A DNA stretch of 64,000 nucleotides from a virus (Duplodnaviria; Caudoviricetes). How positions within the stretch are numbered: position 1 is the first letter of the stretch; each line of letters opens with the position of its first letter. The translations under genes and the position numbers were made by a program. The notes below the pieces were generated by a model. It saw only the letters and a list, made by a program, of their open reading frames with translations. It did no database searches and was not told the DNA's origin. Shown piece after piece: positions 45,702 to 58,300 of this stretch. The stretch spans positions 32,001 to 96,000 of IMG/VR virus record IMGVR_UViG_3300020463_000001. One strand, written 5' to 3'.

Positions 45702-47661
45702 TTATCCAACAACAAACAATGTATTAAGGACTGATACCTTTGATGCGTGGAAGAATAAAACTAATGAGTTGAATTCTCACGGACTTTATATTGAGTCCTT
45801 GATAGGGAATTTCAATAACTTAAACACGGCTAATAAAACTATAGTCGGGGCATTCAATGAGATTCATGGCGAAACAGATGTAAACACCGCAAACATTGGA
45901 GATGTTGCCTCTCTTAATTCTGCATATACTTCTGCATCGAACCTTTCGACTGCGATGAATAATTTGTATACGACTGCAACAAATTATACCAATACACAAG
46001 TTGCAAACGAAGCAGCAACAAGACTTGCTGAAGATAATACTTTACAAAGTAAAATAGACACAATTGAAGTTTCTGCTGGATTGACCGGAAACGGCGGATA
46101 TATTCAACAATCAAGTCTCAGGTATATTGCATCTGCATCCAATCTTGCAGACGCAGATACAAAATTAGATCAATCACTAGATGCAACTCAACAAGAACTA
46201 GATGTTACTCAAAGTTCTATTGGAACAGAAGCAGACGGAACTTTACCTCTTTCTGGAAATTATATTTCCGGTACAGTTAAAGTATCCTTGAGCGCACTAG
46301 ACAGTCAAGTATATGTCAACGAAAATGCAATTGCAAATCTGAATGCATACGCGAATAGAATCCAAAATGAATTAGACGCGACTCAGAGTGGTGCCGGTCT
46401 TGGAAGTTCTGGAGGGTATATCGGAACAATTTCTGGTGCATCGACTCTATCACAGGCAGACACTATCCTACAACAACAAATATCTTCTAATGACAGTGAA
46501 CTGGCCAATCATGAAATTAGACTGCAACGAACCGCAACAACTATTAATTCTTTTTTAGGTGCAGCTTTAGGAGATACTCACAGTTACTCTGGAACAAATT
46601 ACATAGATTCGCAGACTGTCCGTAATGCTGTACAGTCTCTAGATACTGAAGTCAAACAGAATGAAACTCAAATAGGTATAATTCAGGCAAAGCCAGGGTA
46701 TGAATTCGATCCGACAACACTTCATCCTGTGGCGTTAAGTGGAGACTATGATGACCTCGATTCTGCAAATGTTCCTACAAATCTAAATGAGTTTACTAAT
46801 GGCACACCAGCAGAATATTTCTTAAAGAACACTAATAAATTAAGTGTATCAAATTTACCAAACGGTACAGTATATTCTGCGTCTGATGGATCTACTTCAA
46901 ATATTTCTGATGTTATAATAGATACTCTAACTCTAAGAATAGCAGGTTCTAGTCAAAACGTCAGTTTTGAAAATACTCATCCTAATCAGTATGTTCAAGA
47001 TGTATCTATGAGTGGAAACACTCTAACATTAACTGACAGGGATGGGACTACTACATCATACACTCCGTCATTTACTGATAATGATACCACATACACAGCA
47101 GAGTTGCCACTGAGTATCGACAGCAGCAATGAGATAAGCCTCGGTAAAATAGGAACTTCAAATCTTCCAACAGGAACTCTTTCTTCATTGCAACCACTTA
47201 CTTCCGTTACTGGAAATCAACAATCTGGAATTAGATTCGCAAGAAGTGGCATAGGCATGACAGATTTCTATGATACTCATCCCAGTGAATATATTAAGAA
47301 GCCTTCTAAAAGTGGTAATACTTTGACTTTGACGAAACAAGACGGAACTACCCTATCTTATACTCCGTCATTTACAAACACAGACACTACATATAGCCCC
47401 GGCACAGGAATTAATATTAACGGAACAGTAATAAGTACTTCCTTTACAAATACTAATACTTGGCATTCGAATACAAATGCCAGAGAAGGTTATGTTGCTT
47501 CCGGCAGTGGCCAATATAATAAAGTTTGGAAAACTAACTCCAGTGGCACCCCTGCATGGAGAAATCCCGATGATAGTACTTGGGGCGGTAAAAAGATATC
47601 AGTGGTTAGTTCTCTGCCTTCTTCTACAGATGCAAACACCATTTACTTCATCAAAGAGTAG
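45688..47661 (+). CDS. fibre / fibritin-like protein
   Basis: N-terminal [20 protein letters not shown] repeats, [18 protein letters not shown] repeats, C-terminal [17 protein letters not shown]. Confidence 0.75.
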   Translation: MATFNYPTTNNVLRTDTFDAWKNKTNELNSHGLYIESLIGNFNNLNTANKTIVGAFNEIHGETDVNTANIGDVASLNSAYTSASNLSTAMNNLYTTATNYTNTQVANEAATRLAEDNTLQSKIDTIEVSAGLTGNGGYIQQSSLRYIASASNLADADTKLDQSLDATQQELDVTQSSIGTEADGTLPLSGNYISGTVKVSLSALDSQVYVNENAIANLNAYANRIQNELDATQSGAGLGSSGGYIGTISGASTLSQADTILQQQISSNDSELANHEIRLQRTATTINSFLGAALGDTHSYSGTNYIDSQTVRNAVQSLDTEVKQNETQIGIIQAKPGYEFDPTTLHPVALSGDYDDLDSANVPTNLNEFTNGTPAEYFLKNTNKLSVSNLPNGTVYSASDGSTSNISDVIIDTLTLRIAGSSQNVSFENTHPNQYVQDVSMSGNTLTLTDRDGTTTSYTPSFTDNDTTYTAELPLSIDSSNEISLGKIGTSNLPTGTLSSLQPLTSVTGNQQSGIRFARSGIGMTDFYDTHPSEYIKKPSKSGNTLTLTKQDGTTLSYTPSFTNTDTTYSPGTGININGTVISTSFTNTNTWHSNTNAREGYVASGSGQYNKVWKTNSSGTPAWRNPDDSTWGGKKISVVSSLPSSTDANTIYFIKE

Positions 47662-47667
47662 TAAAGT

Positions 47668-49557
47668 ATGCCCATACAAGTACCAAATTCCAATGGCACA
47701 TTCAGTGACCTAAAAGAAATTTATGTCGGAAGAGATTCGATATCTCAAGTTTATTCTGGCAGTGATTTGGTATGGGCAAAAGATATTACGCAAGTAACTT
47801 TGCCTAATAGTACGAACTATAATACTAGTTTAAGAAAAAATTGGTTAGCCTATGATCAATGGAGAAATGAAACTGGAAAATGTTATTTTCAAATTAATGG
47901 TTGGGCAATTAATGAAATACAATGTCAGAATAAAAGTGTAGGAAACTTTAGCACTAGTTCGGGAGATGGAGTTTCTAGTAATAGTACATTCGAAACTAAT
48001 TATAAATCAAGCAATTACTTTACTCATGGAGGAAAAGATTATACCATTATAAAAGATCTTTCAGTTATAAATGGATATTTCCCTCTTACCTTTACATTTC
48101 AGACATATTGTCTGGGTAGCCCATCAGATAATAATATTAATAATTTATTTTTTATCACTACTGCAAATTCTACTTCAAATGGTCGATTGGATAAAGATCA
48201 AAGTATTGCATCTAATACTCCGTTGATAGTCAATCAACCGACTAACAGAATTGAACTAGATGATGTATATCTTTTACCAAACGATAATAGTCAAAGGAAT
48301 TTTACTATTGGTCAAAAAAATAGGTCAGGCACTTATAGGTTAGCTAACTATGAGGGGAGGAATCCACAGAATTATGATGTAAGACCACTTCCTTGGAAAC
48401 AAGGTAATGCCATGAATAGTGTTGGTGATGCAAATATAAATTCTCAGAGCGGAAGGGTTATTATTCTCGCTAATGACAGTGGTTTGGATGCATCAAGAGG
48501 TTTTAGAGATAATACTACAGACTACTGGGAAGGAACTTCAAATCCAGATCAATTCTCTTTTAACACTCAAATTTCTGTAACAATGATGGCAAAAAAGGAC
48601 GATTGGACGGATAAAGACATATCCTTCGTTCAAATATATTCTCGACAGGGCTCTGGTAGCAGACCTTCTTCGGAATTAGATTTTAATGATATAAAATTTA
48701 TGCAAAAAGTAAATTTCTGTCTATTAACTGAAAGTCAATATGTAGATAAAGTTTCTTCTAATAAGTTTACCAGAATTGTGCGGTCGAATTTACAATCATA
48801 TCCTCAACTTTCATTGCCAAAAACATCAGATAATTCTGTCAGACTGAGGTGGGAACCAGCTGCGCCGGAACCAGACACTGCTGGCACTACTCCTTCAGTC
48901 AGTACTCCTGTTGTAACCGAAACGGAGGATATTGTTTCTACATCAGATGTTAGATATATTACAAATAAATATACTCCCGTTGATGACAATTCTATCCAAT
49001 CCGTTACGATATCATTTCTTCCCGATGGATTTATTGAACTACAGGGCATGGCGAAAAAATCAATCTTATTTTCTGGCAACAACGCCAACAATAGAATAAT
49101 TGGAGGATCGACTATTGTAACTGTGAGTAATAAATTCAAATGGCATGAGGATGCTGGAACTTCGGCAATGACTGGGACTTACGAAGCTAAGGCAAGGCTT
49201 ATATCTGGCAAAAGAATTACTATGGCAGATAATCAATATAAGAAAATGACGATTGGTGGGAGTCAGGCAGTATATAGACTTTTCAGCAACGAAGAAGTAA
49301 AGACCCGGCTTCACATTGAAATTAGGAATGCTGATACTAGAGAAATAGTTGCGACTTGGAACCAAACTCTAGAGCTCAAATTGGATCCAGATAATAATAA
49401 CACTTCTAGTAATACAAATACTACAACCGAGTCTACTATCGCGGAAGATAATACTCAACAAGAAACTACTCAACAAGGAAAGTGGGTTCTTGTTCCCAAT
49501 CCAGATCGTGCATACCCCGATTTAGTATGGGTGCCAACTACGAAGGCACCTTCGTAG
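47668..49557 (+). CDS. putative fibre-tip adhesin / receptor-binding protein
   Basis: N-terminal IYVGRDSISQVYSGSDLVW, beta-rich body, P/T linker. Confidence 0.6.
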   Translation: MPIQVPNSNGTFSDLKEIYVGRDSISQVYSGSDLVWAKDITQVTLPNSTNYNTSLRKNWLAYDQWRNETGKCYFQINGWAINEIQCQNKSVGNFSTSSGDGVSSNSTFETNYKSSNYFTHGGKDYTIIKDLSVINGYFPLTFTFQTYCLGSPSDNNINNLFFITTANSTSNGRLDKDQSIASNTPLIVNQPTNRIELDDVYLLPNDNSQRNFTIGQKNRSGTYRLANYEGRNPQNYDVRPLPWKQGNAMNSVGDANINSQSGRVIILANDSGLDASRGFRDNTTDYWEGTSNPDQFSFNTQISVTMMAKKDDWTDKDISFVQIYSRQGSGSRPSSELDFNDIKFMQKVNFCLLTESQYVDKVSSNKFTRIVRSNLQSYPQLSLPKTSDNSVRLRWEPAAPEPDTAGTTPSVSTPVVTETEDIVSTSDVRYITNKYTPVDDNSIQSVTISFLPDGFIELQGMAKKSILFSGNNANNRIIGGSTIVTVSNKFKWHEDAGTSAMTGTYEAKARLISGKRITMADNQYKKMTIGGSQAVYRLFSNEEVKTRLHIEIRNADTREIVATWNQTLELKLDPDNNNTSSNTNTTTESTIAEDNTQQETTQQGKWVLVPNPDRAYPDLVWVPTTKAPS

Positions 49558-49599
49558 TTGGATCAGTCGTATAACATAGGATGTAAATAGAGATATAGT

Positions 49600-51576
49600 A
49601 TGGCAATAAAATTAATAAACAGTCTTAACGATTTGCCTAATTATGGTGTTTCTGTGTCTAGATCTGGGTTTACCAAACTCACAGATACTGGAGGAATCGA
49701 TAGCACTGGAGCAGTTTCTGGCGTGGGTCTCATGATGACTCTTGCATCAGATATGACTGCCAGCTGGCAACTATATAATGGAGATTCAACTCCAGACAAT
49801 AAAATACAATTGGTCGGTGTCGGAGATAATGCGAATACTGATGTTACTAAACAATTTTTTAATCAGTTGCCTATCAATTCTCAGACGTATTTCGGTCAAG
49901 CAAACTTCGGGCCAGTGGGAAATTTAAGACAACACGTTTTACTATTCGAAACAACCAACGAAATATTACCAAATCGCGGATCAGTATCTAGAGGAGTCGA
50001 TCAATCATATAGAGTAAGATTTGAATTTGATGAACGCCCCAGATTACATACAACAGATGTTGAATTTAATAGAGAACTGTATCAGTTAAATTTAAGACTG
50101 AGGTCTATGGGAAGAGCGCAGTATGTTGTCGGGTCTCAAATAAACGAAACCTCGACTTCGCAACATCAACTAGAAACCACTAAAGATGCAGATAATAATT
50201 TAGTTCATACTGGTTATACGTTCAACGGCACTTGGGCGGTATCCGATGGGATACCAAATTGTATGTATGGATGGATGAAAATTAATGTAGGTACATCAAA
50301 TCAACTTTTGAACAATGGAACTGTATTAGAATCGATATCGGGTAACGATGGTCTTATCACCCTAGAAAATGGATCTACTCTTACTACATCAGTTGTACGA
50401 ACTCCGGGCGAATTGGTAGATCTTCATTTTGAAGATGTGGTGATACCAGCACAATCTCTCGTTTTTCCATACGATGGTATTAATCAATATTCAGTGGGAG
50501 AAGTTATTTCTGGGCCTGGCGGAGCATCTGCTACTGTTCATAGTGTATCGACATCCTCTACAACTCAAAGTGTTACTTTTTCTGATTGGAATAACATCGA
50601 TTTTGATGAGGGGGAAACTATTACTGGCGCAAATAGTTCTTTGTCTCTTTCTTTAACTCTTGTTACTACACAAATAAATAGAAGTAAGAGATTTAGAAAT
50701 AAGAGAAAGGGAAAGGGTTGGTTCAAGAGATTTCCTAAAATTGGAACAAATCTTGAAGGAACTTATCCCATGTCATATCGATTAACTATGACAGAACGGG
50801 GATTTGTTTTATATATGTTTGATGATGCTGCCAGTGATCAATCAGATGATTATGCTTGGACTTGTGTTCAAAGAACTGTTGATAATACAGAGGGAACTAC
50901 GCCGTCAGACGAATCTACCAGATTTCCTGTCCATGTTCTATATTCTTGTTCCAGAGAAAGTGTATATGCGAGAGATTTCGGTGTATATTTCTCCGAGTCT
51001 GCCGCAAACCTTCAAACTGCAGAAACTGCAGTTAACAGTGTTTTTGATAATGAGGGGAATCAGTACACAGTAGATAGCCTAGGAAATGATAGTTTTTATA
51101 TTTTAAGTCCTTACGATAGAGAAGATTCTCTTGCAGATGAATTTACTGCAAAACTTATCTGGCGATTTGTTGCGAGAGAATTTGATATATTAAAACCTTG
51201 GGATGTTCATAAACTTGCGACTAAACACCAGACCGACAGTAATGCGATTATAAATCCTCTAGAACAGTTAGCAATCACTAACGACAATAGATTTGTAATT
51301 ACATTCCCAACTGGTTTGACAACGCAAAGATTTATGTATCCGAAAGAAGAAATAGACCTCATATGTTTTTCTTCTGCGGAGGTTGTGGCTGAAGGAAGTA
51401 ATGTTCCTATGAATACATATCTTCCTTCTGGAAACGCAGACAATAGAAGATATCAGGGAATGAGGTCAACTCTTGCTAATGGAAATGGCATGAGAATTAT
51501 GTTATTAGTGAACGGAAGACACATCTTTAACAGTGATGTTAACATTGGAACAGATACTTCCGCAAACTTAATTTAA
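49600..51576 (+). CDS. unassigned family, paralog 1 (658 aa), probably structural
   Basis: Shares ordered motifs with the next two ORFs. Confidence 0.75.
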   Translation: MAIKLINSLNDLPNYGVSVSRSGFTKLTDTGGIDSTGAVSGVGLMMTLASDMTASWQLYNGDSTPDNKIQLVGVGDNANTDVTKQFFNQLPINSQTYFGQANFGPVGNLRQHVLLFETTNEILPNRGSVSRGVDQSYRVRFEFDERPRLHTTDVEFNRELYQLNLRLRSMGRAQYVVGSQINETSTSQHQLETTKDADNNLVHTGYTFNGTWAVSDGIPNCMYGWMKINVGTSNQLLNNGTVLESISGNDGLITLENGSTLTTSVVRTPGELVDLHFEDVVIPAQSLVFPYDGINQYSVGEVISGPGGASATVHSVSTSSTTQSVTFSDWNNIDFDEGETITGANSSLSLSLTLVTTQINRSKRFRNKRKGKGWFKRFPKIGTNLEGTYPMSYRLTMTERGFVLYMFDDAASDQSDDYAWTCVQRTVDNTEGTTPSDESTRFPVHVLYSCSRESVYARDFGVYFSESAANLQTAETAVNSVFDNEGNQYTVDSLGNDSFYILSPYDREDSLADEFTAKLIWRFVAREFDILKPWDVHKLATKHQTDSNAIINPLEQLAITNDNRFVITFPTGLTTQRFMYPKEEIDLICFSSAEVVAEGSNVPMNTYLPSGNADNRRYQGMRSTLANGNGMRIMLLVNGRHIFNSDVNIGTDTSANLI

Positions 51577-51592
51577 GTGATGAAAAAAGTTT

Positions 51593-51600
51593 TATAAATA
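51593..51600 (+). promoter_or_regulatory. late promoter TATAAATA
   Basis: Upstream of paralog 2. Confidence 0.75.
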
Positions 51601-51636
51601 GTCAGATAAGTAAAATATGTCTCAAAGGAGAAAATA

Positions 51637-54600
51637 ATGCCTGTTGCAAGTGGATATAGTATTCAAAGAAATGAAATCATTAATATACCTCATCGTCAGC
51701 AATATGAAACCCATTCTGCTGAAGGTACAAAGAACCAGTTTTTCTTGAGGTCTAAGATTGATTTCGCAAGTAAAGATTGGGAGTGGAGCATCAAAGTTGG
51801 TGGTGTTCGCTATGATTTAGACAGAACAATCTCTCCTGCCTCTGTTACAAATGGAGGAAACTCCCAAAGAAATGCTCAGGGAGTTTCAGCGGCCAGCGGT
51901 ACTGCTTCTGGTAAGACTGACCAAGCAATTTGGGATTCTTCTACGGAAACCTATGCAGAAGGAGATACTGTTTCTGGATCTGGCGCGGTAAAGTTTGATC
52001 AGAGTCTTGGTGTATTCGGGGGCATCGAATTCGCACCAGAGTATACTCCATCCGGCAACGAAATCCTAGAGATTACATATCAAGAACATGAAACTCAATG
52101 GACTGGTTCCAGAGGCGGACTTCTTTTCCAACTTGCAAGTGATATGTGTATCCATCCGTATGATTCTCCAGAGATATTCAAGTATATGGGTTCCGCTAGT
52201 CCAATTGGACTTTCAGAGTCTTTTAGTGAGGACTTTAGTGAGAACCCAGCAACTAACACTGCTCAAGCGATTGAGGATGCTAGAAAAACTGCAAGAACTC
52301 CTAATGCGGTTTACAAACTTATTAGAGAACACTCAGTAACATATTCGGCTGTAGATATATCGGACTCAGATCCGTCCAACATTACTCCAAAAACATTAAC
52401 TAGTGATTTCCCATTTTCTATTGCTGATTTAGGAGACGGAGAATTCCGAGTATCTATTGCAGGAAGAGTTATCCAAGATGAATACTGGTCTGTTGAACAA
52501 AACTCAGATCGTTCTGTAACCATTAAGTTATTGGTTGCTTCTTCTGAATTCAACTGGGTATCTGACGCAAGTTCCGTCGAAGTTATTGTAGGTTTTCACT
52601 GGAAGCATTCACTCGCAGTTCCATTTGGTGCAAAGTTTGGGCCATTCGATCCTGACGGCGGACAAATCACATATACCAACCCGTCTTCTGGAAATAGAGC
52701 AACTATATTATTTTCTGATCTTGTCGATGATACCGATCCAGATAATCCGGTTGCGACTGGACTTAACACTGGTAAAACTCAATCTGCAGACTTAGATTTT
52801 ATCAAGTCAGGAGATCTGTTCCTACTAGAATTCAAAGATGACGAACAGTTTATCCCTGCGTTTAATCTGATTCACCCCAAACCAGTAAGTAATTCCAAAG
52901 AAGATGTTCTTGCTGCACTGAAACAAGTCACTACAAAATTTCTTGTAGAATCCGCAAGAGGAACTGACTTGCTATCAGATGACGAATTGACTCCGATCTC
53001 TACCGATCCAACATCAAATAAGACCAAACCACAAAACTGGAGAATTCGTTTTGAGTATAGTGGTGATGGTGCTCAGATTAAGGTCAATGTTGCAACAGAA
53101 TATCAACTCCTTGATGACATGACAATTACGCAAGGGCAAGGAAGAGATGGTGCGAAATATCCCATCTACAGAGAGCCGGGCGAATTATGTGATGTTTACC
53201 AAGAACCAAGTATTGGTCGAGGTGTTGTCACCAGAATTCAAAAGGCCAAGTCACAATTCTTTACAAGAGTTTCTAAATCTGAGGATGAGGTCGCAAGATC
53301 ATATCCAATGTCATATAGAATGACAGTAACCGACCACGGCATGGGATTGTTCATATTTGACCAAGCGTCAGTAGACCAAGATGATGATTATTCTTGGTTC
53401 GTTGTACAACGTCATGTTGATCAATCTACTGGACAACCAGAATTCTCAGGTAAGTCTCCTGTACACTGTGTATACTCGCCAACAAAACGACCAGTAGAAA
53501 TTAGTGATTTAAACACATATTACTCAACACAAGATGTTGCAGATCTTTCTAAGCCAAGAAATATCTTCGATAGTTTTGGTAGAGAATTAGAAACAGAAGC
53601 TCCTACAATCTTTGTAAATAGAGATCAGAGTTTCTTTAATGACTTTGTGAACGCAATTGACTTCACAGGAACATACGCTATTCCAGAAACTTCTGGTGGT
53701 CAATCGGTGTATAAAGATGAACTAGATGTTGGTTTTATCGGCGGTGCGGATGTCAGTGATGATATCGCAATACTATATTGGAATGATGGAGCAAGCGATC
53801 CCAAACCAATAAATGAATTACAAATTTTAGGATTTGAGAGATTAGGAAGATCTGGACAAGGAACAAATATCGGAAGGGTGGCCAATACTATTGGGCCATT
53901 TGCTACGGCGACAGCACCGTCTGTTTCGATTAATTCTCAAAATGGTGCAAGTTGGCAGACAAACCCAGCACAACAGACTGGAACACAACTTTCTGGAAAC
54001 GTAACATTCCCAGTTTCTGCATTAGAAGCAGTTTCTAATTTTGAAGATGCTACTAGTCAAACTCCGGGCCCGACTGCTACTGCTCCTGCAACTCTTTCAG
54101 ATTGGGACGATCCATCTTATGCACTCTTAGATATCCTCTTCAACGAAGTATCTGCAAACAGAGAAAAGGTATTTGAAAGTTTAGTAGTTGCTCTTGACGG
54201 AGTAGAAATCCTACGAGATCCTAACGCATATGTCCTTACATATGACGAATGGGTACGAAATGGAGATCCATCAACAGTACAAAGATTCTTAGAGGGTCTT
54301 GATAATGCTGGTGTTAAAAATTTTGGAACTAGCTTTAAGTTGCCGGAAAATTCTAGCAATGTCACTGCGAACTTTATCACTAACATTGGGAATGCGAAAA
54401 ACGAATCTAAGAGTACCAGTAGTCAGTCTGGAGACGATTATGATACTGACTTTGTAACTAATATACAAGGTCTAAATACAACAGCCTATCTAGTAATTTC
54501 TACAGATTCTGTTGGGTTGAGAGGTAAATTGCCAGGAGATCCAATCTTCTCAGATTACGGAACATCTCAGCTGAACTTGACTGCAGGGCCCAACAGGTAT

Positions 54601-55308
54601 CTGTATGACTTCTTCAACCAGACTCTGTACTTTAGAGACACACCAAGATCAGGTTCTTCGTTCTCTATGAAGTTGGTGAACTATAACTCATCTACTCCAT
54701 CACAGACCACATACATTGTGACGGTTCCGCCGGATAGAGATCTTCCGGATCGTAACCAAAACTCTGTTAAGACTATCAACAGGTTTATCGTAAGAGAAAG
54801 TGATGTATTGAAACCTTGGGATTATCATACTTCTGCAACAATGCATGAGGCAGATTCTAACTCAATCATCAACCCACAAGAGCAGTTGTCAATCACTCAG
54901 GATAGGGATTTCGTATTTAGTTTCCCAACTCAGTTGACTTCTCAGAGATTCTATTATCCTAGAAGTGAATTAGACTTGATTGCGATTTCTTCTGCTGACT
55001 TCTCTACACAGGCTGGTCACATTGAAATTGACAAGTATTCTGACTCTGACGGAAAGAACGGAACTCTATTTGTTGGCGCTAATCAAGAAGGTATCAATCC
55101 TACTGGAATTTCTGATAGTGCTGGGCCATTTAGGTTTGCAGCGCATACCGGGCCAGACAACAGACAGTACATCTGGAAGAAGAATAAGAGGAAGTATGAA
55201 GGTATGATGAGTACAGAACCAAATGGTAACGGTATGAGAGTGTTCTTACAGGTTACTGGTTCTAGTGTACGTTATAGTGATGTTACCGAAGGTGAAGCTC
55301 CAGCATAA
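51637..55308 (+). CDS. unassigned family, paralog 2 (1223 aa)
   Basis: YPMSYRMTVTDHG, WFVVQRHV, KSPVHCVY, VRESDVLKPWD, IINPQEQLSITQD, GNGMR. Confidence 0.8.
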   Translation: MPVASGYSIQRNEIINIPHRQQYETHSAEGTKNQFFLRSKIDFASKDWEWSIKVGGVRYDLDRTISPASVTNGGNSQRNAQGVSAASGTASGKTDQAIWDSSTETYAEGDTVSGSGAVKFDQSLGVFGGIEFAPEYTPSGNEILEITYQEHETQWTGSRGGLLFQLASDMCIHPYDSPEIFKYMGSASPIGLSESFSEDFSENPATNTAQAIEDARKTARTPNAVYKLIREHSVTYSAVDISDSDPSNITPKTLTSDFPFSIADLGDGEFRVSIAGRVIQDEYWSVEQNSDRSVTIKLLVASSEFNWVSDASSVEVIVGFHWKHSLAVPFGAKFGPFDPDGGQITYTNPSSGNRATILFSDLVDDTDPDNPVATGLNTGKTQSADLDFIKSGDLFLLEFKDDEQFIPAFNLIHPKPVSNSKEDVLAALKQVTTKFLVESARGTDLLSDDELTPISTDPTSNKTKPQNWRIRFEYSGDGAQIKVNVATEYQLLDDMTITQGQGRDGAKYPIYREPGELCDVYQEPSIGRGVVTRIQKAKSQFFTRVSKSEDEVARSYPMSYRMTVTDHGMGLFIFDQASVDQDDDYSWFVVQRHVDQSTGQPEFSGKSPVHCVYSPTKRPVEISDLNTYYSTQDVADLSKPRNIFDSFGRELETEAPTIFVNRDQSFFNDFVNAIDFTGTYAIPETSGGQSVYKDELDVGFIGGADVSDDIAILYWNDGASDPKPINELQILGFERLGRSGQGTNIGRVANTIGPFATATAPSVSINSQNGASWQTNPAQQTGTQLSGNVTFPVSALEAVSNFEDATSQTPGPTATAPATLSDWDDPSYALLDILFNEVSANREKVFESLVVALDGVEILRDPNAYVLTYDEWVRNGDPSTVQRFLEGLDNAGVKNFGTSFKLPENSSNVTANFITNIGNAKNESKSTSSQSGDDYDTDFVTNIQGLNTTAYLVISTDSVGLRGKLPGDPIFSDYGTSQLNLTAGPNRYLYDFFNQTLYFRDTPRSGSSFSMKLVNYNSSTPSQTTYIVTVPPDRDLPDRNQNSVKTINRFIVRESDVLKPWDYHTSATMHEADSNSIINPQEQLSITQDRDFVFSFPTQLTSQRFYYPRSELDLIAISSADFSTQAGHIEIDKYSDSDGKNGTLFVGANQEGINPTGISDSAGPFRFAAHTGPDNRQYIWKKNKRKYEGMMSTEPNGNGMRVFLQVTGSSVRYSDVTEGEAPA

Positions 55309-55355
55309 GGAGTTCCCCCTTCGTAATATCTCATAAATAATATAAAGAGGAAAGT

Positions 55356-58300
55356 ATGTCTTCGACTTTGAATTATCCATTTAAGTCTTCCGGATTTTCA
55401 GTACAAAGAAATGAAATACTTACTGTTCAACCTCCTTATTATACTCACCTATTACAAGGAGATGGGACATCAACTTCGTTTCCAGTTTATGCGGAAGAAG
55501 GAAAGAAACCAAATCTGAACTTATCAGACGTTCAGCAGTTTCGCGTGTTTCAAAACTCTGTCAATGGGCCAGAATATAGTTTAGATAATATAACTGGCGA
55601 TTCTTCTTTCTCAAACAACGGCGAATTCTATTATACTCCTCCGCAAACTTCAGATGATTCTGATAACGGAACTATAACATTTAGAACTGCTCCAGCTGGA
55701 GGATTAAAAATTCTAGTTCAATACTTTCCTGTAGTTAACTCAGGAAATGCTGATCCAGCAGGAATTCTTCAGAGTCTTGCGAAAGATTTAACATTACATC
55801 CATATCGAAATGATTTCTCTGAAGCATGGTCATCTAATCAACAGAAGAAATCTACTGCCACCATTAATCTTGCAACTAATTTTGTTGAACAGTCAGGAAC
55901 CATAACAGTAACTGATTCTGATGGGGCCTCAGTCAATTTTGATGCAAATGATGTCGGAAAAAGAATTAGAGAGAAATATGGATCTGGTATGTTTGTGATA
56001 GATTCTGTTACAGATAATGTTGCAAATATAACTGTAGTATCACCAAAGTCCGATTCCTCTACGACTTCTTATACAGAGGGAGAGTGGATGTTAATAATTC
56101 CTAGCTCTGATGTAGAACCTCAAGCATATAATATTATTTATCCGAGAGTACAAGATTCTGATATTACACATCCATCAATAAATTTTGATGGACAACAAGA
56201 TCACACCTCAGTTATGGATTGTATCAGAAGAATCGGGTCTGTATTTGTAGTAGAATCGGAAAAGGGAACAGACATTCTTTCCTCACTAAAAGACATTGAT
56301 TCTTCTAATACATTTATACCTACTACTGCCGTTGCTTCTCAAGTCGCACAGGAAAATCGAACACCACAAAAATGGAGAATGAGATTCTTTTATGATACTA
56401 GAGATGAATACATTCATGTAAATATTGGAACTAAATTTCAAATAATGGACGATGGAGATATATCTCAAACAGTAGGCAGGGATGGCATAACATCTGGCCC
56501 CACAAGAAATCCCGGCGAACTTTCCGATGTATACTATAAGTTTGACGAAAGAGGAAATAAAGCAAAATCTGGTTTTTATAGAAGACAAGGAAAGACTGAT
56601 ACAAATATCGCTGGAAGTTATCCTATATCATATCGACTTACTTGTTCGGATCATGGTACTGCGTTTTTTATCCAAGATCAAGCATCTATAGACGATGATG
56701 ATTATGCATGGTTTGTTGTGCAACGTCATGTCAATAATATTTCTGGTAAAATAGATCTGGAAGACGGAAAGTCTCCCGTTCATTGTGTCTATGCACCCTC
56801 TAAGCGTCCCACAGAGGCGTCCGATTTTAACATGGGTTTCTATGCATCATATTCATCACAAACCTTTGCTAACGGAAAGACAGTCATTGAAACAACAGAT
56901 TTGGGCCCAATCTTTAAAACTGATGGAACTCAACTAACACCAGAGACACCAATACAATTTACCATCGTTACTGACAAAGATCCAGTAGCAGTTTCTTCTG
57001 CAGGAACATCATACTATAGAGGAACAAGTTATAGAATCCCTCCTAGTGATTACGATCCAATTCACGAAATCAATATTGCAGATTATGCTTTGGGTTCTGG
57101 AAACTATGCACTTCCTCTTGGATCTAATTATACTACAAAGGGTGTTTATAACAAACTTATGCCACCCGATGTGGGACTTAATACTGCAGGCGATATGTTG
57201 GGATATCCAATTGGTCAGACAGGAACTCCAACTCCCAACGCACCAACTGATGCGATAGAAACTGCAGATCAGGAATTTGCGGTCATATCTTATGCATCAG
57301 CAGCAACATCTGGTATTCAATTATCTAATCCGGATGGGCTTAAATATGTCCCTAAAAAATTAAATACATTAAGTCTTTCTAGACAAGAACAACTGGGCCC
57401 AGCAGAATCTGGGTTATCTCCATATCAAGTTCAAATTTTCGACATTGATTCTGGGGGAAGTAATGGGTTAGCCGATCTTGTCGAAGGAATAGATTATAAT
57501 ATTGTAAAAGAAAATGATGAATACTGGTACTTTCAATTTGTCACAAAAGATACGGATAATATCATTCCTAATGCATACATATCTGATCTTGTTGAGGGCC
57601 CAAATATGCCCGGCGCAAATTCTTCCAATCCTAAATCTTTATCTAGGATGGGGTGGTATGATTCTTCTGGCATTTTAGTCGAACCAAGAAATGTTCTATT
57701 AAACGGGGCAATCATACCAAGCTCGCATTATACTATTGATCAGGAAATAAACTTCACAGTCAAGGTTGCGGCTTTTAATATTCCGGCAGGGTTCGCCTCT
57801 GCAGATCTTACTTTTGATAATGGAAATAGAACAGCATCTGGAGTATCTGTAACACAGACCGGAACACAAGGAGAGTTTGCAGTTTCTGTAGTAGTTAATG
57901 AATCAGACTCGACACCTTTCCCAATAGGTTCCAGTGTTATTATGGAAGACTCTGGAAACACTTATACGTTTATTGTTGACGAAGTTTCTACAACTATGGT
58001 AATAGATCCGATATTTAAATATGTTAGGGGCGATACTGTAGTACTTGGTAATAGTGATGTACTAGAAATTAAATCTTATTTCAGTCCAGAGAATACAAAG
58101 ATTATTTTATCTTATGTTTGGAATGGGGCTGGTTATCAAAACAAATATATCAATCCATTTGGAGGTTCATCACAAATAAGATCACAAACTCAGATTAAAC
58201 CTCTTTATGAAGTTAATAGGTTAGATGTTTTTGTAAATGGAGTAGAAATTAATTCTTCTCCGTATCCAAATGGGTATTTTATAGAATCTGATGGTGATGT

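Noticed and set aside
4544-49557. Diversity-generating retroelement acting on the fibre genes
   Set aside because: No reverse transcriptase and no TR/VR pair differing at adenines was seen; the paralogy is visible only at protein level
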